Under the pieces are notes generated by a model. The model saw nothing but the letters and a program-made list of their open reading frames with translations. It had not been told where the DNA came from and made no database searches. DNA of 64,000 nucleotides from positions 186,001 to 250,000 of the forward strand of contig JAHLTZ010000019.1 of NCBI GenBank assembly GCA_025786725.1. Direction: 5' to 3'. The translations under genes and the position numbers were made by a program. Origin of the DNA: Syncephalis fuscata S228. Taxonomy: Eukaryota > Fungi > Zoopagomycota. Each line of letters opens with the position of its first letter. Position 1 is the stretch's first letter. Below are positions 13,223 to 25,044 of the stretch, piece by piece.

Positions 13223-15987
13223 AATTGATATTAGGTAAATATTGCTATATCAACCATATAATCCTACACATATATAAATAACAGGATATTATTAGGCTGA
13301 TAATGAAATTATAATTTTGCATATTACAAAAATGTCAGAATGCCTAGGAAATAAACATTAGTATAAATCAACTAGTAATATATATATATATTGGCGATGT
13401 ATATTATGTTGTTAGAAATACTACCAGTTCAATGAGCTAAACCAATAATTTAACTATTTGTAATTATGTATACCAAGTTATTTGCATACTCAATAAACAA
13501 TCAGTGTATAATAGTATACTTGATAGATCAATATGCTAATCTGACCGTTAAACTAATGTAGATTTGGCTTAATCAATGTAATTAACCAAAAGATAAAGAC
13601 ATACTCAAATAAGCCATTCATTTCAAAATCTTATTTATTTTACAATAGAAACCAAAATAAACTAAATTAGTGCCGAGCTAGCAAGCTGCAGTATTAAGGT
13701 TTGATATGCAGTAAACAACATTGAGTGCCTGTTGGTATGTTCAATTATGCACTAGTCTAATATTAAAGAAGGCTATAATATACAAACTATTCTACAGAAC
13801 ATAAAAGTAGCTTTTCCACTAGCAGTTGTTTTACAACAACTGCAAAAATGTAAAAGCGAAAGAAAACTAAACTAAACTAAAAATAGAATTGAAAATCGGC
13901 AATTCAAAGCAATGCCGTAATAACCATTTCTCTGAGCATGACCATTGTAATTTTAACTTTCTCGTTTCAGGTAATGTCTTTATATGGCATAACATGATAT
14001 TCATCAAGCGGGTTATCAATTCATGCCGCCTTGTTATTCTATTCTTTGGAGTAAACTCTGTTGATTTGTCTTAACTATATGGCATTTAAATTTATTTATG
14101 CATGTTGTATGTATACGTGAATCTAAATTAAATAATGACCTATCATTGTGCAATGTAAATTAAAATTACGGGTTGTTTTAATCGCAATTATTTATATTGT
14201 TGCAAAGCTATACAGTCGCTGATTAGCCGTAATGTGTATTACTGGAATTTGTGCTTGGATTTACAGCATCGGTTATATGGTTATTTTTGATATCAATGCT
14301 TAAGAGAATAATAGCCATACAAAATGGTATCACTACAATAAGCCACATTTTATCCATTTTGTGCCATTCAATATATGTATATATAGAAGTAAGAATGCAA
14401 CGCCAAAGCATTTGTATTTTCAAATTCCGTATTCGAATAACAAAGATTGCTGCTTTCGGTTTATTCCATGTGCTTTTTTGCAATTTTGCTGAAACGCCTA
14501 CATTGTATTTTTCCAGTTTACAAAAACATATAACTATCCCATGATATATTTTGCTATATATATCGCATTTTTAGCATGTCAGTTTGTCTAGCCATTACAT
14601 CATATTTGCTTACGCATTAGCTTCATAAAAGTACAGCCTTTATTCGACGACTGAGCCTTGACATAGCCATGTTTACGATGAAATCCATTCTTACTATCGC
14701 TGCTACCACGCTCATGCTAGTATCGGTCGCTCAAGCCGCACCCAGTAACGATATATCAAGTTTATTCGAAAACACTAGCAAGTATCTACACCAAGCTATT
14801 CTTTTGCTTTTACTAACGATATTACTCATATAGAATCCACGGGGAATGCAAACAGTGCATTAAATAGTGTACTTGGCGTATATGATATCCAGTTGACAAA
14901 CACTAGACACACAAATGGAGGTGTATATTATATTACAGGAACGCAGCATGGCAATCCCATTAGGCTTGTGTGCGGGCCAAGATCAGATACAAAAAGTAAT
15001 GCACTTATATTATACAATGTAAGTTTTGTAAACGATAGATATACGAAGCTAACAAATGCTATGATCAACAGGATCTACTGGGCCAATCTCCGATACATAG
15101 TGAGGATCATAGTATCTCGTTTGCCGTACCTCAAAAGAAATTTACATTTGATAGCGCCATTTGTTATATCGTACCATACTACAAGTGTAAAAAGACATAC
15201 GACGATTTTAATGAAAAATTCAAAGAAAACTCTAAACAAAGCGAGCATGATTTAAAAGAGATGCTGCCGTTATGGCAAAAAATTGTAAAAGGTACAAGCT
15301 TGTATTGTCCATGTATATTATAAACTGAACTGTGGTTAGGACTAAACACTATAAAGGAATGGGGATGGTATGCTCACCTCGATATTCTAGGTAAGTATGC
15401 TGTTGTTTACTAATATCCACATTGACGGTGTTGCTAGATATTTGTGTCGATAAAGACAAAAGTGGATACAAATTGCATTTTTACAACTTCCTTAATGCCA
15501 GCCCAGCAAAAGATCCCATTGATGTCGCTACTACAAATGGTTATACTTTGAGCAGGACTATAAGGTCTATCAATAAATACAACAAACGCTTAATAGCAGT
15601 TTTGATTGGAGGTGGCTTAAAATCAAAGAAATATGATTGGAACGAATATTATCGATATCTTAAAATGGAGGATATCAATCCAAAAAACCTAGTGTGGCAA
15701 GATATCTGGGAATCGTTGAAAGACTATGCGATTGTGTTCGACAATATGATGATTGACCCGAAAACGGCGAATAGCAATTTTAGGAATAATTAGCATTTGC
15801 ATAATAAAATTGAGACCTATTATAGTACAAGTGCTATAGCTGTGTAGTATTTTTGATAATGCTTATTTATTTGCTAACTATTAAATGTATAACTATTTGC
15901 TTATTTTAATAGTATTCAGCATATTTTAAATGATGAATAACCATAGTCAAACAGTAAAACAGTCAATTTGAAGAAGTATTCTTAGTA
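13223..15987. repeat. Right arm of large inverted repeat (~2.77 kb)
   Basis: Reverse complement of 2725-5507, differing by scattered transitions, several 1-nt indels and a ~10-nt indel near the outer end. Confidence 0.97.
14669..15793 (+). CDS. Secreted kinase-fold (pseudokinase-like) protein, copy B, 5 exons, 306 aa
   Basis: Exons 14669-14777, 14834-15018, 15072-15291, 15340-15390 and 15438-15793 join into 921 nt with no internal stop. Introns are 47-56 nt, most with a clear ctaac/ctaat-type branch site. Signal peptide followed by segments matching kinase subdomains. Confidence 0.85.
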
Positions 15988-16573
15988 CTTGTTAAACTAT
16001 TGGAGATAAATTTCCAAGTAACACGTTGTGTAATTATTAAAATTATTAAAATTATAAACAGGCATGTAAGTGATTGTAAAACAGGCTGTCTACTACTTCT
16101 AGTTAGGTTTTCAAATAGGTATACCATGTAATGACTTATGATCGAGGAAGACGACAGAGTAATAATACACATTGTTTATAAAATCACAATACATAGTAAA
16201 AATATTTTATACTATATTAATAGAAACAAGAGGCATAATAAAATAAATGATTTTTGATGTTTTAGCTATAATTATATATCCAATGTAAATAGAAAACAAA
16301 CAACGTAATATCAATTAAACCGCGTAATCTACATTAAATCATATGTTCAACAGCAATGCTATCAGAACATTAGCGAAAAACAATACAAGTATATCTGAGT
16401 GAAATAATTTTATTTATTTTAACAAACACATATAGGTGAATAAAGTAACTTGATTTAGAATTCACAAGAACTAGAAATATGGCATTCAAATCATCACTAT
16501 TGTTGTTTTTGCTGGTATAGTGACAACTATGCGTATTTTTACTTTATGTTAGAATAATTCCAACATATATCAA

Positions 16574-18114
16574 TTAAGGCTTAAAGCAATCACTCATTTT
16601 ACTTTGGTAGCTTTGTATCTTTCTTTTCAAATGCATTGCTAAAAGTTCATCATCAATAAATAGATTAAACTCTTGGGAGTAATACCAGGACTGTGTGTCC
16701 ATGTTGCCACTACCAATAATAATTCTATTATCCACAAACATAAACTTGACGTGGGAGCCGTTTTTCGGGTGTTTCGCTAGCTTTGGACTTTCTTTAAAAT
16801 AGGTAAACCAGCAATGGTCTAAACGGCTTTGAAGAAGTGGATTGTTGGCTATTGATTTTTTAAGCAATCTAGCAGCATTTTCATTTGTACCATCCGAGCC
16901 TAGCATGTTACATTAGTTATAAAGAATCTAGGAAATTGCTACTACTAGTACTATTATTATTTACCTATTGCCCAAGTAAGACCTTGTCCAAAGTCAAGCA
17001 TTTTGTACGAAGTAATTAAATCAACTTTTGCACCATTTTCTAGCGCTTTTACCAAAGCATAGCGGCCCACTTTAGTATTAAAGTTTGGCGTTAAAATGTA
17101 GACGCTTTCTCTGGCATTCGTTAAACTTGTGGTCCAAGCAATGGACTGCGGCGTAGATCTATTTAATTTTCCTATACCCGAGTAGGGTGATGAAGCTGTG
17201 ACAATCATTGGAACCATATCCATCGCCTTAACCGGTACAGGATGATTTAGTTTTGGCGGATCTATACCGAGTAATCTGAAGAAATCCATGCGAATCGCCG
17301 TGCTTACCGGACCCTCAAGCTGTATACCTAGCTCGAGTGCCGCTTCCGAGTCGACGTTCTTCGAGCCGATACATGACCAAGTTCCGTCGACGGCAATATT
17401 TTTCGAATGGATACTGCCCATTGGCCAATTGTGAAAATTGAAAACCTTTAAATTAACATTAGGAATTCTTTGTTTGGGCGGCAAACGAAGTACGTCTGGA
17501 TCAAGTGAATGAACACCATTAAGCATATTGCCTTTCTTAACTTTACTCATATCTAGCGAAGGAAAGAAAGTATTGAATGTTGTAGTATCGATAAGCAGAT
17601 AAAACTCAATGGGCGGCAAATCCTTGTCGGCATTATCGTTGATGTAGCGAATAGCTCTACTAATTTCCTTGGCACAAGAGCTTTTTGGGTCGTAAAAATA
17701 AGTTTGTATAACTACTTCCTTTTTGGCTTTTTTAATTGTATCGGCGTAAATATCTCGGCACACATCATCCATGGGGCTGTAACCGACAGAAGTCTTTTTT
17801 ACCCTACCAGCTGTGGCGATGTATTCGGGTGGAGTAGTAAGAGTATCTGGGTGCTGTTTGGCATGTTTCATTATATCATCGTATACCTTTTTTGCTAGTG
17901 GACTAAGAGGACGTGGAAAATTAATACTGCCACTAAATTCTCTATTAAGATATCGAGTATTTTCTGATTGACTAGGCTTTAGTCGTTGTTTATTTGGAAG
18001 TGATCTTGGTACGTCAGGAATTTGTTCCATAGCATTAGTGTGTTGAGGGAGTAGCATAGCGCTTATTAAAAGCGTCATGGTTAACGAAATAGTACCGAAT
18101 TGAAAGTGCTTCAT
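16574..18114 (-). CDS. Signal-peptide-bearing phospholipase D/nuclease superfamily protein (two HKD motifs), 491 aa
   Basis: HSKNIAVDG..IGSKN and HVKFMFVDN..IGSGNMDTQSW..SQE motifs. Hydrophobic N-terminus MKHFQFGTISLTMTLLISAMLLPQHTNA. A single intron 16900-16964 joins the two ORFs in frame. Confidence 0.9.
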
Positions 18115-18742
18115 TTTTAAAACATTAAGTGGTATAATAATATAAAATGAATCACAATTAATAGCGATGTTTGTTCGCTATTTAATCATCAAATAGCTGT
18201 TTCTAAATGGTTGCTATAGTTAGTGGAATAAGTTGTATAAATATTGTAATATTTAAGCAGTTAAATTGACGAGGCACAGGGAAATAAGGAAGAAAAATAA
18301 AATAGATCAAATCCGTCATTTATTTGCTTCAAGCGTATTTATGAATAAATAATGCATTACCATTTCAAAATCAAGTCCAATGCCTGTTTAAGCCTTTATT
18401 GCCATTTGCATCTGTTGTCACGTTTTGAACATCAAAATAGGCAATCTAAAACCTCCGCTTCTTTGTGTTTGAAAAACAAATTTATATTTATTCAAATCTC
18501 ATTTAGAAAACGTGCACTCTTTCCTCCAATGACTAATCCGTTTCGTAAATAGAAAGAATAAACGTTTTAACTAGAGCTTATAAGCATTTCTAGAACTATT
18601 AAATTTATCAAAAGAAAAATATGAACAAATCGTATGCTAATGCCTATACAAACTTGTACAGCCACCTATAAGGTGCTTTTAATGTGTAAAATACGCCGTG
18701 TCTATTTTACATGCTATCTGTAGCACTATCCTATGGTCTTCA

Positions 18743-21044
18743 TTACCACCACATCTAAATAGTGATGTGTAGAGTTAGATTAAGTCATTTACTGTATTCT
18801 GTTACCTACTTTGACTGTTTTGTCAGCACATCCGGTAATTAAACATCCGTCGCCTAGTGTCATGGCATGAACATAACCTTTGTGGCCACGAAGTACTTGA
18901 TCGCATGTCCAGGTCCTTGTGTCCCATCGTCGAATCGTATGATCGAAGCTAGCACTAAATAGTTTGCCGGCTGGTCCTGCACCGCTACCAAGGGCCGCAG
19001 CTGTTCCCCCTCGTCCATCTTGTCCCGCATAGGTTAATTGCCATACCTCCCAATTGTGACCATCTAGACGAGCTAATGGGCGTGCATCGTCCAAAGAGAA
19101 TGCATGAATCAATGCATCATACGTGCTAGCAAATAGTAGACCATCGCCCGAGGCACAATCCAACGCTTCTGTCTGAGTAGGAATGGTTCGCGTACACCGG
19201 CCAGTAGTGGTGTCCCAGATCTATTTGATAGTATTATAATTAGATCGCTTTATTATTACCACAATTCAGTCATCTTCATATTTACCTTTAATGTTCGATC
19301 ACTAGATGCTGTAACAATTTGATCATCTTGAAGTACCGTAATTGCATTAATATTATTACTATGTCCGGTAAATGTGGCAACATTCTCTAATGTATTCACA
19401 TCCCATACCTATCATTATTAATTTAAAAACATTTGTATAATCAATATTAGATACAGTCTATATTATACTAGTAACAATAATGACCGACTTTAACCGTTTT
19501 ATCCGAAGAAGCCGAGAAAAGTCGGCTACCCATCACGGCCAAGCTGTAAATCTTGCCGTGTTCACTGCTTAGTGGTGGTAATGAAGTAATCGATGTTGAC
19601 TCGCCCTTCATATATTCCGATAGATCCCAGGCCTATTCGTTCACATTAATAAATATACAGTTTGCTAAAACAGCCCATATTACTTTAAGAATACCATCTC
19701 GACCTGCACTAAATAGTCGTTGTGATCCCGAGTGTAGTGCCAATGCCCAGACTGACATTCGATGTTCATGTAGAAATGTTTTCACACTTGGATCTTTAAG
19801 ATTCAATACCTATTACCAAATATTATATATTACATAATTAATACAATGTCCTTTATAATACTCTTTGTAATACTTACCTCAATTGAGCCATCATGCATAG
19901 CAGAGAATAACATATCTTGACCATAACACACTGATGTAACACCACTTGCATGATGAGCAAATGTTTTTCTACAAATGATATCGCCATGAACCCATGATGT
20001 TTCTGGATTAGACACCGTCTTATAAAACCATTAATTAATATACAAATTTATAAATATATGTATAGTAGATACTTTATAATTACTTACTCGAGTATTATAT
20101 ATTAATGTATCATGAGATTGTGAGTGACGTAATTCTGGTGATGTCATTCCACTGACCATTCCTTCTTCACTCGCTTCCTTCTTCATTGATATAGATGACA
20201 CTAGTGGAGATGGCTGTGGCGATCTAGGTGCAGATGAATGCGGTTCACTAAGTAACGCACGAAGCATTTCAAGTTCTGTATTCTGAGTCTAGTATAGATA
20301 TTGGATTCATTAATATTAATATTTAATATATTTAATATATTAATCACACTTACTTGTAATTTATCTTCTAATATATCGATTCGATTACTCATAGATGCAA
20401 TTAAAGGCTTTAACTGTTCATAAACACAGTGTTTTAAATGATCCGGCATAGATCGAGCAATGCCTAGTAACCAATTGGTATATAGATCGGTCGATTGGTT
20501 AATTGCCAAGTAGTTAAGCGTAGTTTATTATAATTAATAATTACTAACCAGTATAGGTACATCCAAGTGCCGCATGGTCACAAACCATTGGTGTGTATTC
20601 ACATTGTAGTACATGAGCGGCTATATCATCTTTACGTTCTAACTGTGAACAGCCATGATCACGATAAGTGCAATAGACCATTAATTCACCAACTAGACTT
20701 GAAAGTACCAAATTTGGATGAAGATCTAGAAACAGTCATTATATAGATGTTATATAAAAAAAACGATTTACCTTCACTATGAACAAAACTTCTACACAGT
20801 GGACATAGCGATTCTCTTTCAAGTGACTGAAAGATACAAGCTGAGCAAAATGAATGGTTACAGGATCGTGTAATCACCGGGTCAGTATATACATCCTGGC
20901 AACTAGTAATTATGACATAGACGGTTAATAGAAGGCCGCTACTGCTACTACTACTACTAGTAGTAGTATTGTTGTTACTATCCATAGTACTTACACGGGA
21001 CAGAGAAACGAAGCCGACGGGGGATAGGCGTAGTCGACGTCCAT
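18743..21044 (-). CDS. TRAF7-like E3 ligase: RING, TRAF-type Zn finger, coiled coil, WD40 repeats
   Basis: Spliced N-terminus MDVDYAYPPSASFLCPVCQDVYTDPVITRSCNHSFCSACI..CPLCR (C3HC4 RING), then VYCTYRDHGC..HVLQCEYTPMVCDHAALGC, then WD40 repeats (GHNWEVWQL, SASFDHTIRRWD, GCADKTVK|MW). Confidence 0.8.
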
Positions 21045-21292
21045 AGCATTCCTATTGCACTATTATTTCAAATAATAATCAAATAGATAGCCGTATATAG
21101 AAAGAGAGAGAGAGAGACAGCTTAATAAAGATAGCCAAGGTCAATATAGACGGGACATCTATTTGATCGGATACTTATCGGCAAAATCGCGTCAGGCGGT
21201 AGAGAGAAGCGTAGAAAAAATAAATTTTTATCGTGTTACTATGTAGAATCACATGTCTATCTGGTTCCACTTTTTATTACTTTTACGTACAC

Positions 21293-21603
21293 ATGCACAG
21301 TATGGACGGCATAATTACGACATTGGGAGACTTGCCACCTAATTGCGAACTGTTACAGCTGGTTCAATATCGCTGTGAGTACAAACGACGAAGCGTTATT
21401 TGCCGACCTATTGCTCGTTACTTTGAACGGTAAGTAGTAGTCTATCAATGAAGCCATAAATGAAACACACTATAGTCATTAATATATTTATGTATATAAA
21501 AACTATTGTATATAGATGTGCTGGACAGCCAACAAGGGAAATTGTACCTATTAAATCAAATACAATCACGCCATCTTCTACATCATCAACGTCATTAAAA
21601 TAA
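21293..21603 (+). CDS. SOM1: Som1-like subunit of mitochondrial inner membrane peptidase
   Basis: Two exons giving CELLQLVQYRCEYKRRSVICRPIARYFER|CAGQPTREIV, the four-Cys Som1 pattern. Divergent from the TRAF7-like gene across about 250 bp. Confidence 0.7.
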
Positions 21604-22448
21604 ACTAACAAATAAAAATGTTATAATCCAGTATAGATAAATAATAGAGTTTATTACTGATGCTTTCTATAATTCTATAAATCTATTTTAACTTGCTTCT
21701 CTACCTGGCACCTAGTCTCTTATATTGGTGTTGGTCACTTGTAATAGCAGCCCATTTAAACAAATTCTCAATGTATTGATCATCATAGAAGTGTCAGTAT
21801 CATGATGCCATGTGACCTAAGGGAATAGACAGGTTTGAGTTCCGCTTACCTATAAACGGACAGTCACATAGTAAAAAGTATCATTTACTTCTTTACCAGT
21901 CATTAATCTTTGTATTTGTCAATAGTCTATCAAATATCTTCTATCGCACTCTATCTTTCTATTGTTTACTGTTTATCGTATTCACTGGTTAAGGTCTTGC
22001 TTCTGTTGCTTACTTGACGGCTGGTCCTTGGCCCTTTCACTCACTTACTACACAGCTATTACTTCTACACCACTACCGCTCCCACTGGCCGCAATAGCAA
22101 CGACTCCTCCTTTCTCGTTATCCCTTCCTTTTACACCACACTCATTCTTACATTCACTAGTCAATTAGCGCCGCACTCCTTTTATTCATCAAGTGTAATT
22201 CAAATAGTAGTCGGCATCTTACACACTGCTTGAAGAGTGCGTATAACCTGTCTATCAGCCAGTCTATCAATAGTTGTTGCTACTACTATCACTATTACGG
22301 CTACTGTTGTTACTGTTGTTGCTATTATTCCACAGCGGTTGGGGTGCTTTATTAATACGACCACTCCGCATTATTATTCTACTTTGCTTACTGTATCCCT
22401 TTGATTCTGCACTGCGACTAGCGCTTACTGTTTATCTAAAGCATTTGC

Positions 22449-24162
22449 ATGTATAAAGACAATATGAAAAAAACATTTCGATCTAATGCTAGAGATAGTC
22501 GAGAGTCTAGCGAGATAGAGGCTGTTCTATCACCACCTGGACATGGATCCTGGTTGAGTGACAGTGACTGGGTAATCACCTCTCAAACGCCAGATTCGTT
22601 GTTCGCTGTAACACCCCCTGGTGGCGAAGGTAAATGATCTTGAATCACCTAGATGGCTCATTTATTATAGCTGGTATATTAATATCAATAATATAGGTCA
22701 AGTATGGGTTCAAGTAACTGAGCAGGATCGCTCAACTATTTACAAAAGAGCAATAGCAGCCATACAACTGGATCATCTCAAGTAACCAGTCCTGTACTAG
22801 TAGAGACTCAATTAGCCATTCCCTTATTAGCACAAGCAACACCGCATACTCAAGCGACATCGTCGTCATCATCATTACCATCACCATCGATTATAACACC
22901 ATTGGCTCGTACACTTGAGGCTCAAATTGAAGCAGATTTGGTGGCCAGGTAAATATTAATCTGATAATTTGAACTATTGTTTATTAAACTGTAAAATTAG
23001 TGTTGCCGAGTTATTGGCCTCGGCTGCGTCTACACCACAGGCCTTACCACCAGTAGCACCACCAGCACCAGTGCCGCCAGTGGATCGCAGTTCATCGACT
23101 GCGTTTCTAAATACCGAATTGCCTAGCCATGCCAATGCTATCATTTCTGCTACAGATCATTTAGAAACAACATTGCCGACCTCCTCTGTTTTGCTTCAAG
23201 TAAGCAGCAGCGTTCAAAACACCGTCCTGTCCGAGACGTCGCCTAGTATTCACCTATCGCCTACGTTGCGACCTCTTTCATCGGCTTGCACACCACCCGT
23301 ACTTGGAACGCTGACGGCTACATTGCGTTCTGCGCTGGCCCTTCACCGTTCGCAAACCAGTACACTCCATCAAGCGATATGGCCCACCAGCCCATCGGTA
23401 GATAGTATGACGTTGCGTACAGGTACTCGATCTATGTGGACTACACCACCATCAGTAGATGTGGGTGTGCAGCTAGTATCGGGTACGGCAGAAATGGAAG
23501 CATTAATGGCGTGTTCTCCAGTAGACACACTAAGTAGTAATAGTAACAATAATAATAGTTCATGTCATCGTAATGAAAGTAAAGACAAACAGCAGTCTTC
23601 ACCACTTAGTGGGCCAATCATTACTGATGAAGAATCTATAACTGTCAATCGATTTGACTGTATAAATAGTGGCACCAATGAATCTCATGGTATTCTGATG
23701 AATGCATCAATCCATAACACGGCACCTACTTCAGTAGAGCCATCGACAAATGCTTCAAGTCCCGTATCAAATACACGCCATCTATCCAAGCATGTATCAA
23801 GACGACATCGGCATCAGGGCAGTTCTAGCAAGATAAATGAATCTATGACTATGGGGCAAAAGATTGTACGTCAAACGAACAGTAGCCACGGTACATCTAA
23901 TACTAAGCGAAAACCATTTTATATTCGTTATTGGTAATTATAAATGATAATTGTGATATAATTGTACTTACATCAGATTAGGTTGAACAATAGTTTTACA
24001 GTTAATATTCTATCAGTTACTGTGGTGTCATTGGTGCTATTCGGTAGTGGATTCAGTGCAGGGTAAGTTTGTAGACATAAAATAATATTTATTAATTTGT
24101 TAATTTGTATTTTTAGATCCTGGTGGCGATCTACGCGATGCCATTGTAGTTTAGCCGCTTAA
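22449..24162 (+). CDS. Ser/Thr-rich disordered protein with C-terminal transmembrane tail anchor, function unknown
   Basis: Five exons with canonical splice sites, ending RKPFYIRYW|LNNSFTVNILSVTVVSLVLFGSGFSAG|SWWRSTRCHCSLAA*. Exon 2 needs either a 1-nt correction near 22739 or a downstream acceptor at 22725. The start codon is uncertain. Confidence 0.65.
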
Positions 24163-25044
24163 GCTTCAAATGATGCAATTGATTGCCTCTTTGTGCACTA
24201 CAACTAACGTGGGCGTCAAGTAACAACCTATTATTGCCATGGAAGGATTTGTATTCTTATGGTTAAAAAGATATTGGTAATTACCGATATACTTTCTTTT
24301 ATATATATACGTATATATATATATGCTGGCGCTATTAGCGATATTTGCATTACATTGGCAATTAGTTTCCATTTAAATGAATGTTGTTTTTGTTTGTTCC
24401 GGGCACTCTTTAGGTTATACTAAACAATATCCCCAAGTATATGTTTGGATATTGGATAGTCGTTAAGAGCGTATGTTTCTTTCGTTTTAATATAGTTTAT
24501 TTGATAAAAAAGTGTTAAAGTATTATAATTAACAGCATGCCAATCGTTTGTTGGCTCGAGTTTATAAGATAATAATCAAAAGAAGCGAGTATGATATATT
24601 TCTGACGCTAGTGATATTACATTTATGAAGATCAATAATGAACTATTGGCAAGTATTGTCTATTCGTTCATTTCACGCTGTTTACCATTAGTTCAGTATT
24701 AATACAATACTGCATAGTATTGGTGGCCATTTCTTAGCCATTTATTTAACAATAGTATACTATTCGGCATAAAGCGTTCGATGAATCTATTTTACTTGAA
24801 TTCTTTTTACAACTTTCTACTTTTAACGCTTGTTTCTTTGTATAGCTTTTAATTCTACTACCGTTGATTTTCTAAATACGTCAATTCATACTTTAGTGCA
24901 GCCTCTTTTATTTTTAAACAATCATTATTACCCCAGTTATTATACTAGCTTTATATTAGGTTACAAAAGTAAGTAATAATTGTAGTAAGTTAAAATAGAA
25001 ATGTAAATTTGGTTCAACTATTTTATTCTATCTATACACGTAGA

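Noticed and set aside
14620-14635. TATA-like difference between arms (cataaaagt vs catagaaagt) as an expression switch
   Set aside because: It is a 1-nt indel in an assembly that shows systematic 1-nt deletions, so it cannot be trusted without reads.
2928-15793. RIP-like mutagenesis between the repeat arms
   Set aside because: Coding differences are all transitions but few, run in both directions and create no stops; ordinary transition bias is sufficient.
2725-15987. TIR DNA transposon or Pack-type element that captured CHD1
   Set aside because: No transposase, no target-site duplication (flanks ..catttagttt and cttgttaaac..), no known terminal motif, and the arms consist of an ordinary spliced gene.
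2725-15987. Mating-type switching locus or inverted-repeat centromere
   Set aside because: The spacer holds an intact CHD1 rather than an HMG, homeodomain or alpha-box gene or a gene-free core. The homeobox gene is 9 kb outside the repeats.
21805-21860. tRNA-like T-loop (ggtttgagttcc)
   Set aside because: No acceptor, D or anticodon stems can be built around it.
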